64,000 bases of DNA from Myxococcota bacterium (GTDB lineage Bacteria > Myxococcota_A > UBA796 > CAJQPC01). The stretch covers positions 64,001 through 128,000 of the forward strand of contig JAZAMN010000043.1 of assembly GCA_036229005.1 (NCBI GenBank), given 5' to 3'. Numbering within the stretch: the first letter of the stretch is position 1; the number at the start of each line of letters is the position of its first letter. The position numbers and the translations under genes were made by a program. The notes below the pieces were generated by a model. The model was not told where the DNA came from. It saw only the letters and a list, made by a program, of their open reading frames with translations, and did no database searches. This document shows positions 46,901 through 55,911 of the stretch, one piece after another.

Positions 46901-48706
46901 GTGGTGCTGATCGCGCTGATGCTTGGCTGCTCCGACTACAACCTGACGGGGGAGAACGACAACTCCGGCGGCCGCGACACCAGCGTGGTGACCGACCCCT
47001 GCGGCTTCGAGGGGACCCCGGTCCAGGCCCTCGAGATGGTGGAGGAGTGCGTGCCGGAGCCGGAGATCGGGGGCTGGACGCCGGTGATCGAGTGGAGCTC
47101 GACGGCCCCCGGAGACACCTACACCACCCCCGCAGTGGCGAACCTGACAGACGACAACGGGGACGGTGTGGTCGACCACGAGGACATCCCGGACGTGGTC
47201 GTGTCCAACGCAGTTGGGGTGACATGGGCGCTCAGCGGCGCGGACGGGACGCCGCTCTGGAACGTGCCCGGTGCCGGCTCAGAGCCGGCGAGTCCGGCCA
47301 TCGGAGACGTGGACGGGGACGGGCTGCCCGAGGTGGTTGTGGGCGGCGGCGTCTCGGTGCGGGCGCTGGATGGGGCGACGGGGGCGGTGGAGTGGACGAG
47401 CACCCAGATGCCGACGGGACGCAGCCTGGTGTGTGGTGCCATTGGACTCTATGACCTCGACGGGAACGGGGAGATCGAGGTGGTGCTGGGCAACACGGTG
47501 CTCAACGGTTGGGACGGAAGCATGAGGAGCCGCGGTGGCTATGGAACCGGCTCAGGACACCCCTACGCGGCCTCCATGGGCGTGGCTGCGGACATCGACG
47601 GGGACGGCTCGCTGGAGGTGGTCACGGGCAACGCGCTCTACCGGCTCGACGGCAGCATCGTCTGGTACAACGGGCAGAGCGATGGCTTCGTGGCGGTCGC
47701 GAACTTCGATGGCGACGACAAGGGCGAGATCGTGGTCGCGGACCAGGGGACGCTGCGCCTGCAGGATGACGACGGCTCGGTGCTCTGGAGCAAGCCGGGG
47801 CTGACGGGCAGCACCATCGGGCCGCCCACGGTCGCGGACTTCGACAACGACGGGGAGCCGGAGATCGGGGTGGCCGGCAACGGCGTCTACAAGATGGTCG
47901 AGGGCGACGGGACCGTGCGCTGGACGCGCAGCACGCAGGACTACTCCTCGGGGTTCACCGGGAGCTCGGTGTTCGACTTCGAGGGGGACGGCGCGGCCGA
48001 GGTCGTGTACGCGGATGAAAACAGCGTGTGGGTCTTCTCGGGCGCGAACGGCGAGCCCAAGATGGAGGAGACCCGGCACAGCAGCGCGACCTGCAGCGAG
48101 TACCCGGTCATCGCGGACGTGGACAACGACGGGCACGCGGAGATCATCTACAGCTCCGGCGCCTACTCGGGGACGGAGACCGGCGTGACGGTCATCGGGG
48201 ACTCCGAGGACTCCTGGCAGGCCGCGCGGCCGGTGTGGAACCAGCACACCTACAGCGTCACGCACATCGACGACGACGGGAAGGTGGTCAGCAACCCGGA
48301 CACCAACTGGCTCAGCTACAACACCTTCCGCTCAGGCGACGAGGTGGCCGGGCAGGGCGGTGAGCTCGCGGACCTGGTCGCCGAGGTCCAGAACCTCTGT
48401 GAGGAGTGCGCCGACGACCGGGTGACCCTGAGCTACCGCGTGGGCAACCAGGGGCGCTGGGACTTTGAGGGCGCCATCGCGCTGGAGCTGCTGGTGGTGA
48501 CGCCGGATGGCCAGCAGTCCCTGCACACCGAGGAGGTGGAGCTGAGCCTGGACATGGGCACCTGGGGGGCGACCCAGACCCTGGAGTTCGCGCCCGGGGG
48601 GCTGGACATCCGGGCCTTGGTCCTGCGGGTTCAGCCGGTCGGCGGGCTCGCGGAGTGCTCGGACGACAACAACGAGGGGCTCCACACCGAGCGCGTCTGC
48701 GGGTAG
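46901..48706 (+). CDS. FG-GAP/VCBS-repeat beta-propeller lipoprotein with C-terminal CARDB-like domain
   Basis: LMLGC lipobox, many DxDGDGxxE repeats and ADL...VGNQG...E..DDNN. Confidence 0.85.
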   Translation: MVLIALMLGCSDYNLTGENDNSGGRDTSVVTDPCGFEGTPVQALEMVEECVPEPEIGGWTPVIEWSSTAPGDTYTTPAVANLTDDNGDGVVDHEDIPDVVVSNAVGVTWALSGADGTPLWNVPGAGSEPASPAIGDVDGDGLPEVVVGGGVSVRALDGATGAVEWTSTQMPTGRSLVCGAIGLYDLDGNGEIEVVLGNTVLNGWDGSMRSRGGYGTGSGHPYAASMGVAADIDGDGSLEVVTGNALYRLDGSIVWYNGQSDGFVAVANFDGDDKGEIVVADQGTLRLQDDDGSVLWSKPGLTGSTIGPPTVADFDNDGEPEIGVAGNGVYKMVEGDGTVRWTRSTQDYSSGFTGSSVFDFEGDGAAEVVYADENSVWVFSGANGEPKMEETRHSSATCSEYPVIADVDNDGHAEIIYSSGAYSGTETGVTVIGDSEDSWQAARPVWNQHTYSVTHIDDDGKVVSNPDTNWLSYNTFRSGDEVAGQGGELADLVAEVQNLCEECADDRVTLSYRVGNQGRWDFEGAIALELLVVTPDGQQSLHTEEVELSLDMGTWGATQTLEFAPGGLDIRALVLRVQPVGGLAECSDDNNEGLHTERVCG

Positions 48707-48823
48707 CCCCGGGGAGCTCCACAGGGCGTCTGTGCAGGGGCCTTGGGGGCGGCTGCACAAAAACTCCCGGCCCGCCCCCGCCGGCGCTCCGGTTAGTGCT
48801 GCGGGCTGCTGGAGATCTCCCTC

Positions 48824-50167
48824 ATGGGCTTTGCGCTGATTGGACTCGCTGCCGCTGCGTTCGCTGCGGTCACCTGGTACGCCTGGACCGGCCACCTGGG
48901 CATGGTCGCCCTGGCCTCGCTGCTGGTGGCTGGCGTCACCTACTTCCTGGGCCGCCGCAAGATCGGCGCGGACACCCGCAAGCGCATCGACATGGTGGCG
49001 AAGATCCTCTTCACCATCGTGGGCTGCATGGCGCTGCTGCGGCACCCCATCCCCGTGGGCGAGAGCGGCGAAGAGCTGCCGATCTACGACGCGATCTCCG
49101 AGTACATCACCCAGGTGGACGCCACCACCTTCTTCACCTTCGCCGTGGTCGCGATGGTCGTGAAGTTCGTCGGCGTCATCTCCTCCGCCTTCGCCTGGAA
49201 CCTGCTGCTCAAGGGCCAGGGGGTGCGCTACCCCTTCTGGTCCAAGATCATGACGGCCTTCCTGATCGGGCGCTTCATCGGCACCTTCCTGCCCAGCACC
49301 ATCGGCCTGGACGGCTACACCCTGTATGAGGCCGGGCGCTACTCCAACCAGTGGGCGCGGGTCATCACCGCCAAGGCGCTGGAGAAGTTCATCGGCGTGG
49401 CCGGCCTGTTCCTGGGGATGGTCCTGACCCTGCCCTTTGGCTACCAGGTGCTGGTCGACGTGGCGGACGACAAGGCCCCCATCCTGGCCGCCATCATCGG
49501 CAGCGTGGCCGGCGGTGTGTGCCTGGTGGTCATCATCGGCCTGGTCTGGCCGGTGTTCATCGTCGGCATCATGCGCATCATCGAGAAGATCGCCGGCGGC
49601 ATCGTGGGCTTCATCCCGCCCCTCAAGAAGGTGAGCGACAAGGTCCTGGGCATGCTCTCGGACTTCACCAACTCCGTGGGCGCCTACAAGGGCCAGGCCG
49701 GGCTGCTCTTCTCGGCCCTGTTCATGAAGTTCATCACCCACTTCACCACCGCGGCCGTGTACTTCTTCACCGCGCTGGCCATCGGGGTGACCACCGCCAA
49801 GTTCTGGCCCATCACCTTCGGGTCCACCATCCAGATCCTGGCCACCCTCTTCTCGCCGACCATCGCGGGTGAGGGCGCCCGCGAGGCCTTCCAGGCCCTG
49901 CTGCTCTCCAACCAGCTCGGCGGCACCGCGCAGGCCGTGCTCTCCGGCGCCCTGGGCTTCATCGCCGCCGAGGCAGCCACCATGTGGGGCGGGGCCTTCC
50001 TGTGGACCCGCAAGCCCGGCTGGCGCCCCCGCTTTGCCGAGGTGGACGGCGCCCAGGTCGACTACGCCTGGATCAACGACGACGAGGACGGCGGCTTCGA
50101 CGCGGACAAGATCGCGAAGATCCGGGCCGAGGAGGCCGCGAAGGCCCGGGAGTCCAAGGAGGGCTGA
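48824..50167 (+). CDS. Lysylphosphatidylglycerol synthase TM / flippase-like (UPF0104) membrane protein
   Basis: WNLLL, IGRF..TFLPSTIGLDG, LEKFIG and PTIAGEGARE; polytopic. Confidence 0.8.
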   Translation: MGFALIGLAAAAFAAVTWYAWTGHLGMVALASLLVAGVTYFLGRRKIGADTRKRIDMVAKILFTIVGCMALLRHPIPVGESGEELPIYDAISEYITQVDATTFFTFAVVAMVVKFVGVISSAFAWNLLLKGQGVRYPFWSKIMTAFLIGRFIGTFLPSTIGLDGYTLYEAGRYSNQWARVITAKALEKFIGVAGLFLGMVLTLPFGYQVLVDVADDKAPILAAIIGSVAGGVCLVVIIGLVWPVFIVGIMRIIEKIAGGIVGFIPPLKKVSDKVLGMLSDFTNSVGAYKGQAGLLFSALFMKFITHFTTAAVYFFTALAIGVTTAKFWPITFGSTIQILATLFSPTIAGEGAREAFQALLLSNQLGGTAQAVLSGALGFIAAEAATMWGGAFLWTRKPGWRPRFAEVDGAQVDYAWINDDEDGGFDADKIAKIRAEEAAKARESKEG

Positions 50168-50269
50168 GTCCGCCCCCAGGGCGCATCGGAGCTCCCTGAG
50201 AGATTGGCGCAGGGTTCGCCTGCGCGACTGCGGGCCTAATTCTGGGACTCCAAGACCACAGGAGCTCCC

Positions 50270-51868
50270 ATGAACCGCATCCTCCGCAACACCGCGACCC
50301 TGATGGGCCTCGCCCTGCTCGCCAGCGCCGCGACCCCCATCGCGCAAGAGGCGGGGCTGTCCGTCGACCGCGGCCAGGCCCAGGCCGCGAACATCCGCAA
50401 GACCCGAATCAAGCAGCGCAACAACGGCCTGTACAAGTCGGTGCTGCGGGTGGAGACGGGGAGCGGGGAGAGCCTGCCGGCCTCGGTCGAGCTGGCGTTC
50501 CAGCCCCTGGACGACAGCAGCGGGAGCGTGGACACCCAGACCCTGAGCGCCCCCAGCAAGGGCACGGTGCTCACCAGCGCGGAGATGCTGCTCTACGCGA
50601 ACGCGGAGCTGGAGGACAGCCCCGGCTACGCCTTCCTGATCACCCGCCGGGCGGCCTCGGGGGCAGCGATCGGGGAGTCCATCAGCGTGAGCGTGGACCT
50701 GCTCGACGGCGTGAGCGGCGAGGGCTTCTTTGAGTTCGAGGGCGGCGCGGGCGTGGTCAGCGTGACCGACGCGACGGCCTACGTGGGCGAGGACGCCGAG
50801 CCCGGCGTGGACCCCAGCCTGGTGCAGGTGGACTTCGAGTTCGAGAGCTGGGACAAGGAGAACATCGACTCCGTGGACATCCAGCTTGTGTCCCTGTCGG
50901 GCAGCGCGGACGCCTACGAGAAGGAGGTCACCGCCGAGCTGGACGGCAGCACGCTGGTCTACAAGGCCGACCTGGGCGCGGACATCGGCGGCGGGCGCTA
51001 CCAGACCGACATCACGCTCTACGATGACGGCGGCAAGGAGCTCGAGTCGGGCTCGGTCTTCCTGCCGGCGGACGGCGCCGATCTGGCGGGCTCCATCAGC
51101 TACCTCAAGGTGAAGGACACCACCAAGAAGGAGTCGCCGGCCATCCGCGTCACCACCCGCCTGAGCTGGAGCAGCGAGGCCTCGCTGAGCTACGAGGCCT
51201 TCCTGGCCGGCGGCCAGAAGGTGGTCATCCAGGACGCAGACGGGACGCGCCTGGCCTCCCAGACCCCCGAGTTCGTCGCGGACCGCATCGTCGTCGAGGC
51301 CACCCAGGAGATGGAGGAGGATCCCTTCGCCTTCGCGGAGCAGGAGGGCGGCTACGAGGTCGAGCTGGGCGTGACCGTCTGGGATGAGACCGGTGAGCTG
51401 GACAGCGAGACCTACGAGCTGGTCCTGGACCTCGCGGACGTCCAGGAGGGCAAGGTCTACGACTACGAGTCCCCCTACGGCGAGGAGTTCGTCAACGCGG
51501 AGCCCCACAAGTGGGCCCTGCACTGGGACGAGGAGAGCAGCCAGCTCGTGCTCGGGCTCTCCTTCTCCGGCGACACCCCCTTCCTGTCCATGGAGGACCT
51601 GGAGGAGCGCCTGTCCTGGGACCTGGACTTCACCGGCGCCTACCCGAACAACGGCGGCGACAGCGCGGCGGATCTGAGCGCCGTCTGGGGCAACGCCAAG
51701 GGCAGCAAGGTCGTGGTCGACGCGGCCGGACAGACCTACGGGGTCTCCATCTCGGGGCCCGACGGCGACGACATCGACGTCTCCGCGACCGCGGGCGTCA
51801 ACGGCTTCGGCAGCGGCACCAAGAAGGCCAGCAGCAGCACCGCTGCGGCCCGCCCCGAGCTCCAGTAG
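50270..51868 (+). CDS. Exported, highly acidic beta-rich protein
   Basis: AGGAG RBS, classical signal peptide, very strong codon bias. Confidence 0.75.
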   Translation: MNRILRNTATLMGLALLASAATPIAQEAGLSVDRGQAQAANIRKTRIKQRNNGLYKSVLRVETGSGESLPASVELAFQPLDDSSGSVDTQTLSAPSKGTVLTSAEMLLYANAELEDSPGYAFLITRRAASGAAIGESISVSVDLLDGVSGEGFFEFEGGAGVVSVTDATAYVGEDAEPGVDPSLVQVDFEFESWDKENIDSVDIQLVSLSGSADAYEKEVTAELDGSTLVYKADLGADIGGGRYQTDITLYDDGGKELESGSVFLPADGADLAGSISYLKVKDTTKKESPAIRVTTRLSWSSEASLSYEAFLAGGQKVVIQDADGTRLASQTPEFVADRIVVEATQEMEEDPFAFAEQEGGYEVELGVTVWDETGELDSETYELVLDLADVQEGKVYDYESPYGEEFVNAEPHKWALHWDEESSQLVLGLSFSGDTPFLSMEDLEERLSWDLDFTGAYPNNGGDSAADLSAVWGNAKGSKVVVDAAGQTYGVSISGPDGDDIDVSATAGVNGFGSGTKKASSSTAAARPELQ

Positions 51869-51991
51869 GTCCTCGCTTGCGCTCCCCCGTGCTGCGGTGT
51901 GGGGGGGCATCCCAAGGCGGGGAGGTGGGCCCAGGTTGTCGTGTGCCGGGGCCCCCTCCTCGCCGACCCCGAAAGGGTGTAGACTGCCGTC

Positions 51992-52843
51992 ATGCTCCTG
52001 CTCCTCGCCACCTCCGCCCTCGCCGCCTGGCCTGACGACGTCACGCTCAGCAACCTGGCGACCAAGGGCGACACCCCCGTCCTGGACCCGGCCGACAACC
52101 GCGACGCCTACGACACGGTGCTCCGTGAGCTCGGCGTGGCCATCGCCAACAAGCCCATGTACGCCGCGGAGTCCCTGGGCCCCGACGGCTTCGAGGTCGG
52201 CGTGATGACCACCATCGGCTTCCACAGCGCCGCCACCGACGAGATCGGCGAGTACGCGCCCTGGGAGCGGGTGGACGCCGACGGCGACCCCGGGGACGTG
52301 CTGCTGGTCCCCTGGATCATGGTCCGCAAGGGCCTGCTCCCCAGCCTGGACGTGGGCGCCAACCTGGGCTGGGTGGGCATGTCCCGCCAGACCGCCGTGG
52401 GTGGCTACGCGCGCCTGACCCCGCTGGAGGGCTACCACAACGCCCCCGATCTGGCCTTCCAGGTCGGCTACAGCGGCTACGTCGGCAACAACGAGCTGGA
52501 GCTGGGCGTGCTCGACTGGTCCGGCACCATCTCCTACAGCCTGCCCTTCGGCGCGCTCCAGGGCATCAACAACGCCCGCTTCGCGCCCTTCGCCGGCGTC
52601 GGCCAGCTCATCATGCACGGCCAGCCCCGCCTCAGCGACGAGCAGAGCGCTGATCTGGGCCTGCGCCCGGTCTCGGGCTTCACCGGCTCCGAGGTCTACG
52701 ACGCCAGCGACCCCCAGTGGCGCCAGCTCCAGGTGCACGGCGGCTTCATGCTGGTCAACCGCGGCTTCCACTTCCGCGCGGGCACCGCCTGGACCCCCCA
52801 GACCATGCCCACCATCAACCTGGGCCTGGGCTTCACATACTGA
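51992..52843 (+). CDS. Putative outer-membrane beta-barrel protein
   Basis: Short signal MLLLLATSALA, amphipathic strands (VRKGL..LDVG) and C-terminal NLGLGFTY. Confidence 0.7.
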   Translation: MLLLLATSALAAWPDDVTLSNLATKGDTPVLDPADNRDAYDTVLRELGVAIANKPMYAAESLGPDGFEVGVMTTIGFHSAATDEIGEYAPWERVDADGDPGDVLLVPWIMVRKGLLPSLDVGANLGWVGMSRQTAVGGYARLTPLEGYHNAPDLAFQVGYSGYVGNNELELGVLDWSGTISYSLPFGALQGINNARFAPFAGVGQLIMHGQPRLSDEQSADLGLRPVSGFTGSEVYDASDPQWRQLQVHGGFMLVNRGFHFRAGTAWTPQTMPTINLGLGFTY

Positions 52844-55116
52844 CGCCCCTCGCTTGGGCCGGGGTGGCGCTGGGTGCGCAGCTTGAGCTGAGCGCGACGG
52901 TGGACCCCGATCTCCGGGGGCTGAGCGGCCAGCTCCTCCATCCCCCTGGGCTGGCGCTGGATTCGGCTTTGGAGCGGCTCCCGGGCCCTCAGGACGACCT
53001 GGTCCACCGCCGGACCTACCCGGGTGCACAAGACGACGGAGAGCTGGTCTTTGCCAGCGAGGACACCGTCACCACCTTCCAGACCCGCCTGCCACATCGC
53101 TACGGCGCGCTGGGCTGGGAGCGCGGGCGGGGGCTCTGGGGGAACGGCGGGTGGTATCCGCAGCCGCTCCCCGCGGAGGAGGGCCAGCCCCTCGACATCC
53201 ACGACTGGACGGTCACTTTGGAGCTGCCCCCGGGCACGGTCGGCGTGCTCAACGGTCAGGCGGGGGAGGGGACCCTGCGCTGGGAGGGCCCGGCCGAGCG
53301 CCTGTCCATCGCGGTGCTCGCCAAGGGGCGCCTGGAGGAGCTGACTCCCGGGCTCTGGCTGCTCGCCGATGGACCTCGCCGGCCCCGTCGGGACGCTGCC
53401 CTGGTCGCTCTTGCTGCGCTGATGCCCGCGGATGCCCGCCCCACCGTGGTCGTGGAGGCGCCCCAGTACCGCCGCCTGGTGCGCACGGGACCGGGCGTGC
53501 TCTACCTGAGCGACGCCGCGTGGCGGACCCCCGAGGCGCTGTGGCGCTTCCACAACCAGGCCGTGCTCGAGGGGCTGCTGGCCGCCAGCCTGGACCACCC
53601 TCTGCGCCTGCTGCGGGGCCTCTACGCTGCCGCCCGTGTCCCCACCCTGGAGAGCGAGCTCCAGAGCGCCAGCGCCGATCAGGTCCTGCGCTTCGCCGCC
53701 TTCCTGCCGCTGGTGGACATGCTGCTCTACAGCGGGCGGGTGCCCTTCCACGCCGAGCTCTTTGACGAGGTGCACCCCGGCGACCCCCTCCGCGACGACC
53801 TGTCTGAGCTCTACTCGGGCGAGCTGGATCCTGGTGTCCTTGCCGTCAAGGTCGATGATCGAGAGGGGGCGGGCACCGCCTGGGCCTGGGTGCAGGAGTG
53901 GTTGGCCCAGGACTCCGAGGTCGCCGAGATCCGCGCCTCCCTGAGCCCCTGGCTGGGGCCCTGGCCGGAGCAGGATCTGGTGATGGACGTGCGCCAGGAT
54001 GGCGAGCAGTGGGGGGTGGCCCTGGAGCGCCTCACCGCCGAGAACGCCCCCGCCGAGTCCGTCCCGATCAGCATCGACGGGCAGCTCCAGACCTGGCAGA
54101 CCCAGCCCGGGCCGGACAGCGCGTGGATCCCCCTGCAGGCGCGGCCCGACGCGGTGCGCCTGGACCCCGACGGACACCTCCAGCAGACAGACCGCTCGGG
54201 CGAGCGCTGGCCGGGTGGCTGGACCGTCGTGGGGACCGCCGCGCCCACCGCCTACGACCTCAGTCAGGGGATTCTGTACGGCTCGGCAAACCTGCGCTTT
54301 CGGCGGCGCTATGACACGCGCAACCTCTACACCGGGTCGGCCAGCATCGGCGCCCAGGACCGCCTGCGCCTCCAGGGGGGCTACGCGCGCTACTTTGGCC
54401 CTCTGACCGACCGGCGGACGCGCGCCGGCTACGCCTATTTGTGGACCGGCGGCGCCTGGCTCTCCCCGGCCTACCGCGCCCGCGTCGACGGCCGCTACAC
54501 CCTGGAGTCCGGCCTTACCCTGAGCTGGGACACCCGCGTGGACTGGCGCTTCCCCCTCCATGGCCACCGCCTGCGCGCCAGCATCGACGGTGGCGTCGTC
54601 CCCGAGAGCGGCCACCGCTGGGTGGGCACGCAGCTCAGCGCCATGCAGCTCTGGGCGCCCCACCCCCGGATCGTCCTGGCCGGCACCCTCAGCGGCGGCG
54701 TCACCACCGGCCAGGTCCAGCACCGCCTGCTCTCCCTGGGCGGCCCCATGCTCTCGGTCCCCCCCGGCCGGGTCGTCGGGCAGTCGCGGGCCGTCGCCGC
54801 CGCCGAGCTCCGGGTCCTGGCCGCCAAGAACCTCAGCGTGCCCCTGCTCTGGCTCTACTGGCTTGACGAGGTGCAGCTCACCGGCGGCCTTGAAGCGGGG
54901 GTGGTCCACCACGCCTCCCTGGTTGACGCTGGCCAGATCTCTGCGCTTGGCGGCCAATACGAGGCCATCGGGGCGCGCGGCGCCGTGCTGCTCACCATGG
55001 ACGGACTTGGCGCCATCCCCTGGACCTGCGGGATGACCGTCGGCGTGCCCCTGTCCGCGAGCGCGGGGCTGGAAGCCGGTCCGCAGCTCGGCGTGGTGCT
55101 CGGGCAGAACTTCTGA
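52840..55116 (+). CDS. M1-aminopeptidase-like scaffold (no HExxH) fused to a C-terminal beta-barrel
   Basis: GGWYPQP and PDAVRLDPDG M1-like segments; barrel strands ending LGQNF. Start uncertain (CTG 52840 or GTG 52864). Confidence 0.55.
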   Translation: MTPLAWAGVALGAQLELSATVDPDLRGLSGQLLHPPGLALDSALERLPGPQDDLVHRRTYPGAQDDGELVFASEDTVTTFQTRLPHRYGALGWERGRGLWGNGGWYPQPLPAEEGQPLDIHDWTVTLELPPGTVGVLNGQAGEGTLRWEGPAERLSIAVLAKGRLEELTPGLWLLADGPRRPRRDAALVALAALMPADARPTVVVEAPQYRRLVRTGPGVLYLSDAAWRTPEALWRFHNQAVLEGLLAASLDHPLRLLRGLYAAARVPTLESELQSASADQVLRFAAFLPLVDMLLYSGRVPFHAELFDEVHPGDPLRDDLSELYSGELDPGVLAVKVDDREGAGTAWAWVQEWLAQDSEVAEIRASLSPWLGPWPEQDLVMDVRQDGEQWGVALERLTAENAPAESVPISIDGQLQTWQTQPGPDSAWIPLQARPDAVRLDPDGHLQQTDRSGERWPGGWTVVGTAAPTAYDLSQGILYGSANLRFRRRYDTRNLYTGSASIGAQDRLRLQGGYARYFGPLTDRRTRAGYAYLWTGGAWLSPAYRARVDGRYTLESGLTLSWDTRVDWRFPLHGHRLRASIDGGVVPESGHRWVGTQLSAMQLWAPHPRIVLAGTLSGGVTTGQVQHRLLSLGGPMLSVPPGRVVGQSRAVAAAELRVLAAKNLSVPLLWLYWLDEVQLTGGLEAGVVHHASLVDAGQISALGGQYEAIGARGAVLLTMDGLGAIPWTCGMTVGVPLSASAGLEAGPQLGVVLGQNF

Positions 55117-55117
55117 C

Positions 55118-55459
55118 GCGCAAACCGGGGTGAGTGGGACGATCCGGCGCGCAACCCCGACCGAATGCACCAGTCGCCTGCGCAACCCCGACCGAATGCA
55201 CCCGTCGCCTGCGCAACCCCGACCGAATGCACCAGCCGCCTGCGAAACCCCGACCGAATGCACCAAAAACCCGGCCGGTCGGGCCTCTGAGGCCGCGATG
55301 TTGGCCCGAGATGGTGCACTCACCCCCGGTTGAGCACGCCAACGGTGCACTCACCCCTGGTTGAGGACGCCCGTGGTGCACTCACCAACGGTTGAGCACG
55401 CCCATGGTGCACTCACCCCCGGTTGAGCACGCCAACGGTGCACTCACCCCGGGTTGCGC
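55118..55459. repeat. Fold-back element of 31-bp-periodic units (5 forward + 5 inverted) with 19-bp terminal inverted repeats
   Basis: Forward units at 55118/55149/55180/55211/55242 and inverted units at 55313/55344/55375/55406/55437. Ends GCGCAAACCGGGGTGAGTG and CACTCACCCCGGGTTGCGC differ by one mismatch. Confidence 0.92.
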
Positions 55460-55902
55460 TACTCCACCGCCTTCTTGGTGGAGCGCCGCCCCTTGAGCGC
55501 CGGCCCCTGCGAGGGACCACCCGGCACCTGCGACTGGATGTAGGGCACAACGCACGCCGTCGTCCCCTTGTCCGCCGTGCCGGACACACCCACCGCGCAC
55601 AGCTCCTTGCAGGGAATCGCGGACGTGCACTCGTAGACGGACGCAGGCAGTGTCGTCATGCTCGCTGCCCCCTTGCACTGCTCCAGCCCCTGGTCCTCGC
55701 TGCAGCCGCAGTGCTCCAGGTGCAGGCAGTGGTTGTGGATCGCCTTGGCTCGGGCGGCGTCGGCGGCCTCTTCCTCGGCGGAGGTGGCCGGCTTCTCGGC
55801 GGGCTCCGGGGCGGGGTCCACGACCTCGACGGGCGTCTGCGCGGGCGCTGCCGGGGTTTGGGGCTCGGGCGAAGAACAGGCGATGGCGATCAGCAGGAGC
55901 AT
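55459..55902 (-). CDS. Small Cys-rich lipoprotein
   Basis: MLLLIAIAC lipobox, Pro/Ala linker and 8 Cys in the C-terminal domain. Confidence 0.75.
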   Translation of the reverse strand: MLLLIAIACSSPEPQTPAAPAQTPVEVVDPAPEPAEKPATSAEEEAADAARAKAIHNHCLHLEHCGCSEDQGLEQCKGAASMTTLPASVYECTSAIPCKELCAVGVSGTADKGTTACVVPYIQSQVPGGPSQGPALKGRRSTKKAVE

Positions 55903-55911
55903 GCCCGCAGA

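Noticed and set aside
48332..53029. 1565-aa minus-strand ORF (likewise 11452-14670, 58873-62127, 28831-31527, 35229-37835, 52696-55350, 15574-17703)
   Set aside because: Antisense shadow ORFs of well-supported genes, expected with high GC3 codon usage; no recognisable motifs.
55118..55459. CRISPR or protein-coding repeat (ORFs 54855-55319, 55130-55333, 55134-55364)
   Set aside because: There are no unique spacers. The 31-bp period is not a multiple of 3, so the translations shift frame between units, and the arms are inverted.
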